This document shows positions 33,407 through 43,768 of a stretch of DNA of 64,000 bases, one piece after another (the stretch's first letter is position 1; the number at the start of each line of letters is the position of its first letter). The stretch is from contig CAVXWZ010000002.1 of NCBI GenBank assembly GCA_963765575.1, positions 384,001 to 448,000 on the forward strand, read 5' to 3'. A program made the translations under genes and the position numbers. Source of the stretch: an uncultured cyanobacterium. Lineage in GTDB: Bacteria; Cyanobacteriota; Cyanobacteriia; PCC-6307; Cyanobiaceae. Below the pieces are notes generated by a model. It was not told the origin of the DNA. It did no database searches and worked only from the letters and a program-made list of their open reading frames with translations.

Positions 33407-34637
33407 CTAGGCCCGCTCGGTGAGCCCCAGACGCTTGGCCATGGGCACCAGGGCGAAGCCCTGCAGCCCCAGCCCCAGCAGCACCACCCCCAGGGCCAGG
33501 GGCGGCATCCCACCGCCCCAGGGGATCGGTGAGGCGGCCGCCTGGATCGCCAGGGCGATCTGGCACGGCACCCCGCAGGCCGGAGCAGGCCACGAAGAGC
33601 TTCTCGGAGCGATCGAAACCCGACTGCGCCAGTAGCAGCTGCACCATCAGCCAGCGCACCAGCAGCATGGCCGCGAACAGCAACACCGCCCAGACCACCT
33701 CCCGCACCACATCCTCGGGCTGAACCACCAGCCCCATGCAGAGGAACAGCATCAGTTCAGCCATCTTGGCGAAACCGGCATGGGACGCCTCCAGCACAGG
33801 CCGGTCGCAATCGCCGGAATTGCCCAGCACCAGCCCGGCGATGTAGGCCGCCAGCAGGCCCGAGCCCCCCAGCAGCTGGGTGGCACCCACCAGCAGCAGC
33901 AGCACCGCCAGGCTGATCACCGGCAGCAGCGGCCCTGCGGCGGTGGAGCGGTCGGCCAGCAGCTGGCGGGCGAGGCTGCCACCCAGAAAGCCCAGCAGGG
34001 CGCCGAGCAGGAACTGACGGCTGACCGCCGCCACCAGGTCGGCCGGGCTGCCTGAGGCCTGGCCGGATGCCATCGCCATGGCCAGGCCGGCCAACACCAC
34101 CGCCACCGGATCATTGAAGGCCGATTCGGTTTCAATCAGATCGATCAGGCGGCGGGGCAGGTGGCCCGTGAGGGGCCGCAGCAGGGCGATGACCGCGGAG
34201 GCGTCGGTGCTGCAGACCATCGCCCCCACGAACAGCGCCAGGGGCAGGCCCAGGGGGCCGGTGGAGATGGGCAGGGGCACGCTCGCAAGTGCCAGCACCA
34301 ACGCCGTCAGCAGCAGGGCCGTGAGCAGCGAACCGAGGATCGACAGGCGCAGCGCCGGCCGCAGCACCGGGCGCAGCTCCCGCCAGTTGGTGGTGAGCCC
34401 ACCGAAGAAGAGCACCAGCACCAGGGCCACCTGGGCGATCTGATCGGCGTGGGTCAGCGACAGCAACGGCGGTGCCTGGCCCGGGATCTGTTCAAGGGGG
34501 TTGTCGGTGAGCAGCCCGAGCACGAGCACCAGAAGGATGCCGGGGATGCGGATGCGCGCGGCGATGTCATCCAGCAGCACCGCCACCAGCAGCAGCGCCC
34601 CGAACACCGTGAGAAACAGGGCAAGGGTGGAATTCAA
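33407..34637 (-). CDS. cation:proton antiporter, NhaP-like (frameshift ~33560)
   Basis: STDA, ESAFNDP, GLRGAVP then IALA in the shifted frame. Confidence 0.85.
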
Positions 34638-34700
34638 GGGCGAGGGTCCGCTGCACGGGCCCTAGCCTGCCTGCAGCCCATCGCCACCGCACTGCACGTC

Positions 34701-34952
34701 ATGGCCGAAACGCCGAAGGAGGCCGCCCCAGCCAAGCCGGCCCTCAAGAAGGGTGCCCTGGTGCGGGTCAACCGCCAGACCTATGCGGGCAGCCTGGAGG
34801 CCGCCGCCAGCGACAGCGAGGCGCCTGACTACATCTTTGATGGGCCCGGCGAAATCCTGGCTCTCAGCGGGGCCTACGCCCAGCTGCGCTGGCGCCGACC
34901 AGTGCCCGATGTGTGGCTGCGGCTCGACCAGCTTGAGGCCTTCCCCTCCTGA
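34701..34952 (+). CDS. ndhO: NDH-1 subunit O
   Basis: LKKGALVRV, SLEAAASD, YIF.GPGE, PDVWLRLDQL. Confidence 0.92.
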   Translation: MAETPKEAAPAKPALKKGALVRVNRQTYAGSLEAAASDSEAPDYIFDGPGEILALSGAYAQLRWRRPVPDVWLRLDQLEAFPS

Positions 34953-34954
34953 AA

Positions 34955-35662
34955 TCAGCGCTGCAGCCGCCGCCGGCTCCCGTGCAGCTGCCGGCGCCGC
35001 AACCGGGCCTTGCGCAGCAGCTCGCGGCCATCGCGCAGGTAGGAATCCACGTAGCCCATGGTGAAACGCTCCAGATCAAGCAGGGCGTCTTTCACCAAGC
35101 TCAGGCAGTGATAGAGCTCCAGGCTGAATTCCTGCAGACCGGCAGGCGTGGGCTGGGAACGGTAGAGGCTCTCCACCCGGGCCATGCGCCCCTGGCCCTG
35201 CTCGAGGAAGGTGCAGAACGCCTCCATGATCGCGTCGTCGTAGGGGTCGGCCGCCAGGGCGCGCAACTGGGCGGGGAAGGGGTTCACCACCTGGCCGAGC
35301 AGGCGATCGATCGGGACATAGACCTGTCGCAGCCAGGCCAATCGCTGCTCCTCGCCGGCAGTGGCTCTCGAGCCGGCGCGGGCAGCTGATGGGCCCGGAG
35401 CCCGTGAAGCCCCTGCCGGGCTGCTGACGCCGGCATGGGCGCTGCGCTGGCGGTCGTGGAGGCGGCGGCGCTCCGGGTCGCCGAGCTCTTCCCAGGCCGC
35501 GTTCAGCGCCAGGATCGTGGTGTCGTCGCCGCCGGCATCGGGGTGGTGCTGCTTCACCAGACGGCGGTAGGCCGCCTTGATTTCGGCGCCGCTGGCCTCG
35601 GGCGTCACCCCCAGCACCCGGTAGGGATCCAGCGTGGCGGCTTCGACCGTGAAGAGACCCAA
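34955..35662 (-). CDS. DnaJ domain protein
   Basis: DPYRVLGV...HHPD J-domain; ADPYDD and YVDSYL C-terminal motifs. Confidence 0.9.
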   Translation of the reverse strand: MGLFTVEAATLDPYRVLGVTPEASGAEIKAAYRRLVKQHHPDAGGDDTTILALNAAWEELGDPERRRLHDRQRSAHAGVSSPAGASRAPGPSAARAGSRATAGEEQRLAWLRQVYVPIDRLLGQVVNPFPAQLRALAADPYDDAIMEAFCTFLEQGQGRMARVESLYRSQPTPAGLQEFSLELYHCLSLVKDALLDLERFTMGYVDSYLRDGRELLRKARLRRRQLHGSRRRLQR

Positions 35663-35730
35663 GGCGTGGCGGCAGCGGCTGCAGGCGTTCTCAAGCTAAG
35701 GGACGCCCGCCAGCGAGTCACACCCAGGCC

Positions 35731-35758
35731 AAGAAAAAACCCCGGCCGAAGGCCGGGG
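35731..35758 (-). terminator. rho-independent terminator of the porin transcript
   Basis: CCCCGGCC-TTC-GGCCGGGG-TTTTTTCTT on the minus strand. Confidence 0.88.
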
Positions 35759-35904
35759 CGAGAGGAGGACGACGACGCTGTAGCGAGGACGTGAAGGAGT
35801 GCAGAACCAGGGAGTCGGAACGACTGCAGCCTGGGAAGGAAGTGCCGGACCTGGAGAGGTGTGAGGAACCAGGTCCGGACAAATGGGAAGAACTGATCGG
35901 AGGA
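35759..35904 (-). ncRNA. candidate 3'-UTR-derived sRNA with Yfr1-like seed
   Basis: 10-bp perfect stem with GTTCCTCACAC mostly in its loop, several CU-rich anti-SD tracts, ending at the terminator. Confidence 0.4.
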
Positions 35905-37362
35905 TCAGAACTTGAAGGTGGTCTTGACCAGGCCGCCGTAGGTGTCGTCGACGACCGGTGTTCTGCAGGTAGAAGAAGGCAGGGGTCACGCTGATGTTGT
36001 CGGTGACCTGCCACTTGTACCAGAGCTCGTAGGCGAGGTTGTCGTCGCCGGCACCGCCGTCAACCCAGAGGCTGGCGGAGCAGCGTGGCGTTGGCACAGT
36101 TGCCACGATCCACCTGGCCGACGCTGCCAAGGGCCATGCCCAGGGCGTTGCCCTGCATGAACATGTCAGCCCACTGCAGGCCAACCATCCAGCTCCAGGC
36201 CGAATCGTTGTTGCGACGGTCGATGTCAGACCAGCCGAAGCCGGCGCTGATCGAGGGAGCCCAGCCGGCCTCCATCGGGCGACCAGTAGCCACTGATGCC
36301 AACGTTGTTGCTGGAGCGGGTGGGGAAGACAATGTTGCTGTAGTCAGCGTAGGTGTAGGCGATGGCGCCACCCCAGTTCTCACCGGAGTAACCACCCTGG
36401 GCGGTGATGGTGTAGTCCTCACCGGCACCGATGCGGGAGTTCTCGGCGGCATCCCGGTCGGAGACATAGTTCCAGGCTGAAGGCCCAGCCCTGGTCCTGC
36501 CACCAGATACCGGCACCGGCACCCTGGTTCAGGTTGTAGGCAGCCTGGGCACCCGCGTAGGTGAAGATGTCCAGGATGGTGTCAGCCGGGTAGGCGCTGG
36601 GCCAGATGGCCAGCATGTCGTCCTGGCGGACGTTGGCACCCACGGTGGCGGTGAAGTTTTCGCCGATGGGGAACTGGTAGAAGAGGCGGTTGAGCTCGAC
36701 TTGGACCGTTCGAAGTCTTCTTCGCCGGAAGGCGATCTCGAGCAGGGTGTTGCCGTTGCCGAACACCGAAGTCAGCGAAGTTGCCGGCCCGCAGGCGGGT
36801 GCGCAGCAGGTCCTTGCCGGTGAAGCTGGTGTCGAAGTTCAGCTGAACGTCGTAGTTGACGCGTGACGTCGCCGCCGAAGCCGGTGTTGCCGGCGCCGCC
36901 CAGCACCATGGTGGCCTGACCGTTGAGCTTGGTGGTGGTGGAGAACTGGTTGGCCTCCAGCTCACCCACCTTGGCCTCGAGGCCATCGACGCGGCCCTTG
37001 AGGATGGCGAGTTCCCTCTCGAACTCGGCCATCAGGCGCTTGAGCTCGTCGGTCACCTCGGTGACGCGGTCGAGACAGGCGTTCAGGAGGGCGGCGGCCT
37101 CGAAACGGGTCATGGCCCGCTGGCCCTTGAAGGTGCCGTCGGGATAGCCGGCGACGCAGCCGTAACGCTCGATCAGGTTGGAGAGCGCCTGGTAGGCCCA
37201 GTCCGTCGGGAAGACGTCGGGGAACTGGGAGATGCTGGTGACCTGTTCTTCGGAGGCGTACTGATTGACGCCATCCAGGTTGACCTCAGCGGCGGAGACG
37301 GCCACGGGGGCCAGCAGTCCGAGTGCCGCAGGGGCAACCAGCAGTTGCTGGAAAAGTTTCAT
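35905..37362 (-). CDS. Som-type SLH-domain outer membrane porin; at least 6 frame disruptions (errors or pseudogene)
   Basis: MKLFQQLLVAPAALGLLAP, DVFPTDWAYQAL, FSTTTKL, C-terminal GGLVKTTFKF*; frame changes near 36862, 36770, 36472, 36277, 36100 and 35955. Confidence 0.88.
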
Positions 37363-37589
37363 GGGGGTGTTCCTCACACAAATGGCGCAATGCGCCGAGC
37401 ACAGTGTGTGACCAGGGATCACCCCCCTCCAGCCCGGGTGTGCCAGAGCGTGCAATGGCCTCGGACAACGGGCCCCGCCAGCCACGCTGCCAAAACGATG
37501 CCCCCGGTATCCCTGGAAGGGGACGCCGGGGGCTCTCGCCGGGTCCGCATCGGTCGCGGAACCGTTTGATCAGGGTTGAGGCGCCGTAA

Positions 37590-37643
37590 TCAGGCGGCGT
37601 TCTCCGCGATCAGCAGACCCTTGGTGAAACAACTGGAACTCAC
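37590..37643 (-). CDS. candidate 17-aa small ORF (MSSSCFTKGLLIAENAA)
   Basis: AAAGGAGGAGG ending 5 nt before GTG; TAAGAT -10-like box at 37752-37757. Confidence 0.35.
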   Translation of the reverse strand: MSSSCFTKGLLIAENAA

Positions 37644-37902
37644 GGGCACCTCCTCCTTTGGGGATGGGGCCAGCCGGCAACGTCTTCGGCTGGAGCCCCT
37701 GGAACAGAGTCCCGGGGGGTCCAGCCACGTCACTGCTGACAGAACTGCTGGATCTTAGGACCGCTTTCCGGGCTGGCGCGAACGGCGCTGGTGGGCGGGG
37801 AGGGATCGCCGGGGGCACCACAGGCAGGGCCGGGGGAGCGATTCCGAGCGCTGCCTAGGGTCGAGTCGTTCCTCAGCAAAGTGCGCCGTCCGCCGCCGCC
37901 CG

Positions 37903-38700
37903 ATGGCCGAGCCCCCCCGCCCGCAGCCCAGCCCTACGCCGGATCCGCGCCGGCGGCACTGGACGTTTCCAGCCAGATCCCGCAAAGCCAGGCTGCGGCG
38001 CGCCCTCCATGGCGGGCTGGAACAGCTGGTGGGGTGGTTCTCGATCCCCGGCGATCGGCCGGTGTTCGCCGTTGCCCAGTTCCCCTGGATCCGGCGCGTG
38101 GAGGCCGACTGGCAGGGGGTGAGGCAGGAACTGGATGGGCTGATGGAGCACCGGGCGGCGATGCCCAACTTCCAGGACATCCTCCGGGAGGTGGGCGCGA
38201 TCCAGAAGGACGATGACTGGAAGACCTTCTTCCTCAAGGGAGTGGGGATGGACTGCAGCGAGAACGCCCGCCGCTGCCCCCAGACCATGCGGGTGCTGGC
38301 GGCGATCCCTGGCTGCACCACGGCCTTCTTCTCAATTCTCTCGCCCCACAAGCAGATCCCCCCCCACCGCGGCGCCTGGGCGGGGGTGCTGCGGTTGCAC
38401 CTCGCCCTGCTGGTGCCGGAGCCGGCCGAGCGCTGCCGGATCCGGATCGCCGATGAGCTGCACACCTGGCGCGAAGGCCGTTGCCTGGTCTTCGACGACA
38501 CCTACAACCACCAGGTGTGGAATGACACTGACGGCTACCGGGTGGTGTTGTTCGTGGACTTCGAGCGGCCGCTGCGCTGGCCGCTTTCGGTGTTCAACCA
38601 CGGGCTCTTGAACCTGGCGGCGCTGGCCCCCTTCCTGCGCGAGGCCAACACCCGCCAGCAGGCGGCCGAACGCAGCTTCTGGAGTCGGGTGGGGCCATGA
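37903..38700 (+). CDS. aspartyl/asparaginyl beta-hydroxylase domain protein (LpxO-like 2OG-Fe dioxygenase)
   Basis: IPPHRG, LRLHLAL, FDDTYNH.VWN, RVVLFVD.ERP. Confidence 0.88.
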   Translation: MAEPPRPQPSPTPDPRRRHWTFPARSRKARLRRALHGGLEQLVGWFSIPGDRPVFAVAQFPWIRRVEADWQGVRQELDGLMEHRAAMPNFQDILREVGAIQKDDDWKTFFLKGVGMDCSENARRCPQTMRVLAAIPGCTTAFFSILSPHKQIPPHRGAWAGVLRLHLALLVPEPAERCRIRIADELHTWREGRCLVFDDTYNHQVWNDTDGYRVVLFVDFERPLRWPLSVFNHGLLNLAALAPFLREANTRQQAAERSFWSRVGP

Positions 38701-38723
38701 AAAAGCGCCCCCTGAGGGGCGCT
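38700..38723 (-). terminator. terminator downstream of psbD
   Basis: AGCGCCCC-TCAG-GGGGCGCT-TTTT on the minus strand. Confidence 0.8.
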
Positions 38724-38780
38724 GAACTGACCAATTGGGGGCCATGGAACCGGCTCGGTCCCATGGCTGGATCAGCTTGA

Positions 38781-39839
38781 TCAGAGGGCGTTGCCCCGGG
38801 GCAGAACTTCCTCAGGGAAGACGAAGTTTTCGTGCGGCTGGTCAGCCGGTGCCATCCAGGCCCGGATGCCTTCATTGAGAAGGATGTTCTTCGTGTAGAA
38901 GGTCTCGAACTCGGGGTCCTCAGCGGCGCGGATTTCCTGCGACACGAAGTCGTAGGCGCGCAGGTTGAGGGCGAGGCCGATGATGCCGATGCTGGCGGTC
39001 CACAGACCCATCACCGGCACGAAGAGCATGAAGAAGTGCAGCCAGCGCTTGTTGGAGAAGGCGATCCCGAAGATCTGGCTCCAGAAGCGGTTGGCGGTGA
39101 CCATCGAGTAGGTCTCTTCTTCCTGGGTGGGCTCGAACGCCTTGAAGGTGTTCGACTGTTCACCGTCTTCAAAGAGGGTGTTCTCCACCGTGGCGCCGTG
39201 GATGGCGCAGAGCAGGGCACCGCCCAGGATCCCCGCCACACCCATCATGTGGAAGGGGTTGAGGGTCCAGTTGTGGAAGCCCTGCAGGAAGAGCAGGAAG
39301 CGGAAGATGGCCGCCACCCCGAAGCTGGGGGCAAAGAACCAGCTGCTCTGGCCCAGCGGGTAGATCAGGAAGACACTGACGAACACCGCGATCGGGCCGG
39401 AGAAGGCGATGGCGTTGTAGGGGCGGATGCCCACCAGGCGGGCGATCTCGAACTGACGCAGCATGAAGCCGATCAGGGAGAAGGCACCGTGCAGGGCCAC
39501 GAAGGGCCAGAGGCCGCCGAGCTGCACCCAGCGCACGAAGTCGCCCTGGGCCTCGGGGCCCCAGAGCAGGAGAAGGCTGTGGCCCATGGCGTCAGCGGGG
39601 GTGCTGACGGCGGCCGTGAGGAAGTTGCAGCCCTCCAGGTAGGAGCTGGCAATGCCGTGGGTGTACCAGGAGGTGGCGAAGGTGGTGCCGGTGAGCCAGC
39701 CGCCCAGGGCCAGGTAGGCCGTGGGGAACAGGAGCAGGCCGGACCAGCCGACAAAAACGAAACGGTCGCGCTTGAGCCAGTCGTCGAGGACGTCAAACCA
39801 TCCCCGGCCCGCTGGCGCGCGCCCTACTGCGATCGTCAT
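38781..39839 (-). CDS. psbD: photosystem II D2 protein (stand-alone copy, no psbC)
   Basis: MTIAVGR...[16 protein letters not shown]...[10 protein letters not shown]. Confidence 0.99.
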   Translation of the reverse strand: MTIAVGRAPAGRGWFDVLDDWLKRDRFVFVGWSGLLLFPTAYLALGGWLTGTTFATSWYTHGIASSYLEGCNFLTAAVSTPADAMGHSLLLLWGPEAQGDFVRWVQLGGLWPFVALHGAFSLIGFMLRQFEIARLVGIRPYNAIAFSGPIAVFVSVFLIYPLGQSSWFFAPSFGVAAIFRFLLFLQGFHNWTLNPFHMMGVAGILGGALLCAIHGATVENTLFEDGEQSNTFKAFEPTQEEETYSMVTANRFWSQIFGIAFSNKRWLHFFMLFVPVMGLWTASIGIIGLALNLRAYDFVSQEIRAAEDPEFETFYTKNILLNEGIRAWMAPADQPHENFVFPEEVLPRGNAL

Positions 39840-39980
39840 GGAAAGCTGACTTCATGAAGCGTTACACCTCCGATCCTATGGGGTGGGGGCCCGAACCGAG
39901 ACCCGCGACCAAGCCGTTGAGTAGATGCACCTAAGAACCCCATTCGCCAGAGTGGCGTGCAGGTTCCCCATGCCCCCCTG

Positions 39981-40244
39981 ATGTACGTCGTCGAGCTGTC
40001 GATCAAGCTCAGCCCCCTGCCGATCGCCGTGCAACGCAAGGAGCTGGCCGATGCCCAGGCCCTCTACGCCAGCGTGCGTGCCGCCATGGACAGCGGCAGC
40101 CCGCGGCTGCTGGAGCTCAGCTGTGAGAAGGACGCCGAGAAGAAGGTGAGCCTGATCAGCAGCGAGGTGGTGGCGGTGCAGATGTATGAGAAGTCGGCCA
40201 CCGCCACCGGCAGCCGACGGCCCGGCTTCAGTTTCGACAGCTGA
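39981..40244 (+). CDS. conserved hypothetical protein
   Basis: [20 protein letters not shown]...RPGF; host-like codon usage. Confidence 0.75.
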   Translation: MYVVELSIKLSPLPIAVQRKELADAQALYASVRAAMDSGSPRLLELSCEKDAEKKVSLISSEVVAVQMYEKSATATGSRRPGFSFDS

Positions 40245-40303
40245 GACCGGACAGGTTTTCGGGCTCCAGTGCGGCCCGCCGCCGCTCCTCTTGCCCCGAT
40301 CCC

Positions 40304-40993
40304 TTGGCCGCCCCCAGCCCCATCTCCGGCTCCCTCCCAGCGCTGGTGGCTGAAGGGCTCGAGCACACCTGGCCCGACGGCCGGGTGGCCGCCCTGCGTG
40401 ACTGCCGGCTGCAGGTGCCGCAACCCGGCCTCTGGATGCTGGTGGGCAGCAATGGCAGCGGCAAGAGCACCCTGCTGCGCCTGATCGCCGGACTGCTGCC
40501 GCTGCAGCAGGGCCGGATCCGCTGCCAGCTGCGCTGCGCCCTGGTGTTCCAGAACCCCGACCACCAGCTGCTGCTGCCCAGCTGCGGCAGTGAGCTGTTG
40601 CTGGCCATCGACCCCGGCCTGGACCAGGGGGTCCGCGAAAGGCGCCTGGAGCGGGCCCTGGAGCAGGTGGGTCTGGCCGGGTTGGCCGATCGCCCCATCC
40701 ATGCCCTCAGCGGTGGCCAAAAGCAACGTCTGGCGATCGCCGCGGCCCTGGCCAGCGAGGCCGAACTGCTGCTGCTGGATGAACCCACAGCCCTGCTTGA
40801 CCCCCACAGCCAGCGGGAGGTGTTGGACCTGATCCGGCAGCTCACCAGCCGGGGGGATCGGCCGCTCACGGCCCTGTGGATCACCCATCGGCTCGAGGAA
40901 CTGGCCAGCTGCGACGGTGCCGCCCTGATGCGGGAGGGACGGGTCGGCGCCTGGCAACCGGGGCCAGCCCTGGCCCGCCAGCTGGCCGGCTGA
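40304..40993 (+). CDS. ABC/ECF transporter ATP-binding protein (CbiO/EcfA-like)
   Basis: GSNGSGKST, FQNPDHQ, LSGGQKQR, LDEPT, ITH. Confidence 0.9.
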   Translation: MAAPSPISGSLPALVAEGLEHTWPDGRVAALRDCRLQVPQPGLWMLVGSNGSGKSTLLRLIAGLLPLQQGRIRCQLRCALVFQNPDHQLLLPSCGSELLLAIDPGLDQGVRERRLERALEQVGLAGLADRPIHALSGGQKQRLAIAAALASEAELLLLDEPTALLDPHSQREVLDLIRQLTSRGDRPLTALWITHRLEELASCDGAALMREGRVGAWQPGPALARQLAG

Positions 40994-41099
40994 GCACAGC
41001 CGCTGCCCTTGCCCTGGGGGACAGCTGGCCGGTAAGGTCTGAGGCTGTCAGCGCCAATGATGCTGACAGTTCATTCCGGGAGCGTCCCGCGAATGGCAT

Positions 41100-41171
41100 T
41101 CCTCGGTAGCTCAGTGGTAGAGCGGTCGGCTGTTAACCGATTGGTCGCAGGTTCGAATCCCGCCCGGGGAG
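41100..41171 (+). tRNA. trnN: tRNA-Asn(GTT)
   Basis: TCCTCGGTAGCTCAGTGGTAGAGCGGTCGGCTGTTAACCGA...GTTCGAATCCCGCCCGGGGAG. Confidence 0.97.
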
Positions 41172-41173
41172 TT

Positions 41174-41263
41174 TTGATCACCAAGACATCGTCTTGATCA
41201 GCAAGACATTCGTCGCGGGGCCTCCGGCGGCGCTGTCGAGCGCTGGGGCTGTCGAGCGCTGGG
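41174..41263. repeat. two short tandem duplications after tRNA-Asn
   Basis: TTGATCACCAAGACATCGTC / TTGATCAGCAAGACATTCGTC (41174-41214) and GCTGTCGAGCGCTGGG x2 (41232-41263). Confidence 0.8.
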
Positions 41264-41457
41264 CATGTCCTCTCCGGCGCCGGTCCTTGCCCCGTGGCGG
41301 TGGCCAGCCTGCCGGGGGATCCCCGCCAGACCCAATCCCGACGTCCGGGCACCGCCGCTGATCCGGCCGCTGGCGACGAGAATGGCGGCAGCTCAGGGCT
41401 CTCCATAGGGCCACGGGCCGCGTCGAGCTTCCCCATCGCTCTGTCCCCCCATCCGAC

Positions 41458-42210
<753 letters not shown>

Positions 42211-43117
42211 ACGTAGGCGCGCAGCTGGCGGCGCAGGCGCTCCAGCCGCTGCAGCACCGCCGGCCCACACTGTCGCCGCCAGAGCCAGAGCTGCCACCAC
42301 CCCAGCAGCCAGAGCTGCTGCTCGCCATCCAGTGCTTCGCAGAGATCGCGGGCCAGGGCGAGGGCCACCAGCGGATCGCCGGCCGCCGGCAGGTCCTGGA
42401 GACGGTCGGCGAGCTCGGGTGGCAGGGCCTGCCATTGACGGCGGTGGTGGAGCAGGGCCCCGGGGGAGCCTGCGGCCAGCTCGAGCAGTTCGGGTGGATC
42501 AGCCGGGTCGGGCGGGTCGGGCGGAGCCAACGGCAGGCGCGCCAGCACCTGGGCCACCTCGGCGGCTGCCAGGCGGCGGAATGGGATCAACTGGCAGCGG
42601 GAGCGAATCGTGCTCAGCAGCTGCTCCGGTGCCGCGGCCATCAGCAGCAACAGCCCCTCACCGGGCTCCTCCAGGGTCTTGAGCAGGGCATTGGCGGCCG
42701 CCTCGGCCATCGCTTCGGCCTGCTCCAGCACCACCACGCAGCCCGGTGCCTCCACCGGCCGGCGGGCCAGGAAGCGGGCGATCGGTCGAATCTGCTCAAG
42801 GCGCAGCTGGGGCGGGCTGCGCCGGTTCACCCCCTCCTCCTCGCTGCGGGAGAGGGGCACCAGCTCGCCACGGTGCAGGTAGGTGGGCTCCACCCAGAGC
42901 AGGTCGGGGTGGTTGCCCTCAGCCAGGCGGCGGCGCAGGTGCGCAGAACCCTGCGGCCCGGCCAGCACCCCTTCCAGAAAGCGCAGCGCCGCCAGCCGGC
43001 GCCCCACCCCCTGCGGCCCGGCGAAGAGGTAGGCGGGGGCGATGCGGCGGCCCTCCAGCGCGGCCAGCAGCAGCGCACGGGCCTGCTGCTGGCCCACCAG
43101 ATCGGCGAACAGGTCGC

Positions 43118-43768
43118 TCACCGGCGCTGCCGCAGCTGGCTGATCAGGGCCTGGCAGGCGGCGGTGACCAGGCCGGGATCGGCGGCGGCGTCCACCCGGC
43201 ACCAGCGGCGGCGGGCGGCCAGCTCGGTGAAGCCGCGGGCCACCGCCGCCAGGAAGGCGTCGCCAGCGGCTTCGATGCGGTCGTCGGCGCGGCCATCGCG
43301 GCGCTGCCGACTCAAGGCCAGGGGCAGATCCAGCCAGAGGGTGAGATCCGGTTGCAGGCCGCTGGTGGCCACCTGCTCCAGCTGCTCGATCAACGCCAGG
43401 GGCAGGCCGCGGCCGTAACCCTGGTAGGCGGCGGTGGAACCGCTGAAGCGGTCACTCAGCACCCAGTGCCCCGCCGCCAGGGCCGGCCGGATGGTCTGCT
43501 CCACGTGCTGGGCCCGATCGGCGGCGTAGAGCAGCAGTTCAGCCCGACTCACCGGCGCCGCCTCCCCGGGGGGATGCAGCAGCAGCTGTCGCAGGGCCTG
43601 GCCGAGGGGCGTGCCGCCCGGCTCGCGGGTGACCACCAGGGCCGAGCCCTCGGGCATCAGACCGCTGCGGGGCAGCCACTGGCCGAGGGCCGCGAGCTGG
43701 GTGGTCTTGCCGCAACCATCGATGCCCTCCAGCACCAGGAAGCGGCCTGGCTGCAGATCAGGCGGCAC
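43118..43768 (-). CDS. tmk: thymidylate kinase
   Basis: EGIDGCGKTT, TREPGGT, DRF..ST.AYQG; start uncertain. Confidence 0.94.
   Translation of the reverse strand: MPPDLQPGRFLVLEGIDGCGKTTQLAALGQWLPRSGLMPEGSALVVTREPGGTPLGQALRQLLLHPPGEAAPVSRAELLLYAADRAQHVEQTIRPALAAGHWVLSDRFSGSTAAYQGYGRGLPLALIEQLEQVATSGLQPDLTLWLDLPLALSRQRRDGRADDRIEAAGDAFLAAVARGFTELAARRRWCRVDAAADPGLVTAACQALISQLRQRR

Noticed and set aside
37570..37821. 83-aa minus-strand ORF upstream of the porin
   Set aside because: Pro-rich with no motif or SD; the nested SD-led 17-aa ORF in another frame is better supported.
41147..41163. A-C mismatch in the tRNA-Asn T-stem
   Set aside because: A single mismatch in an otherwise canonical tRNA is not enough to call a pseudo-tRNA.
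41100..41457. Genomic island or prophage at tRNA-Asn
   Set aside because: No integrase, no att duplication of the tRNA 3' end, and core genes on both sides.
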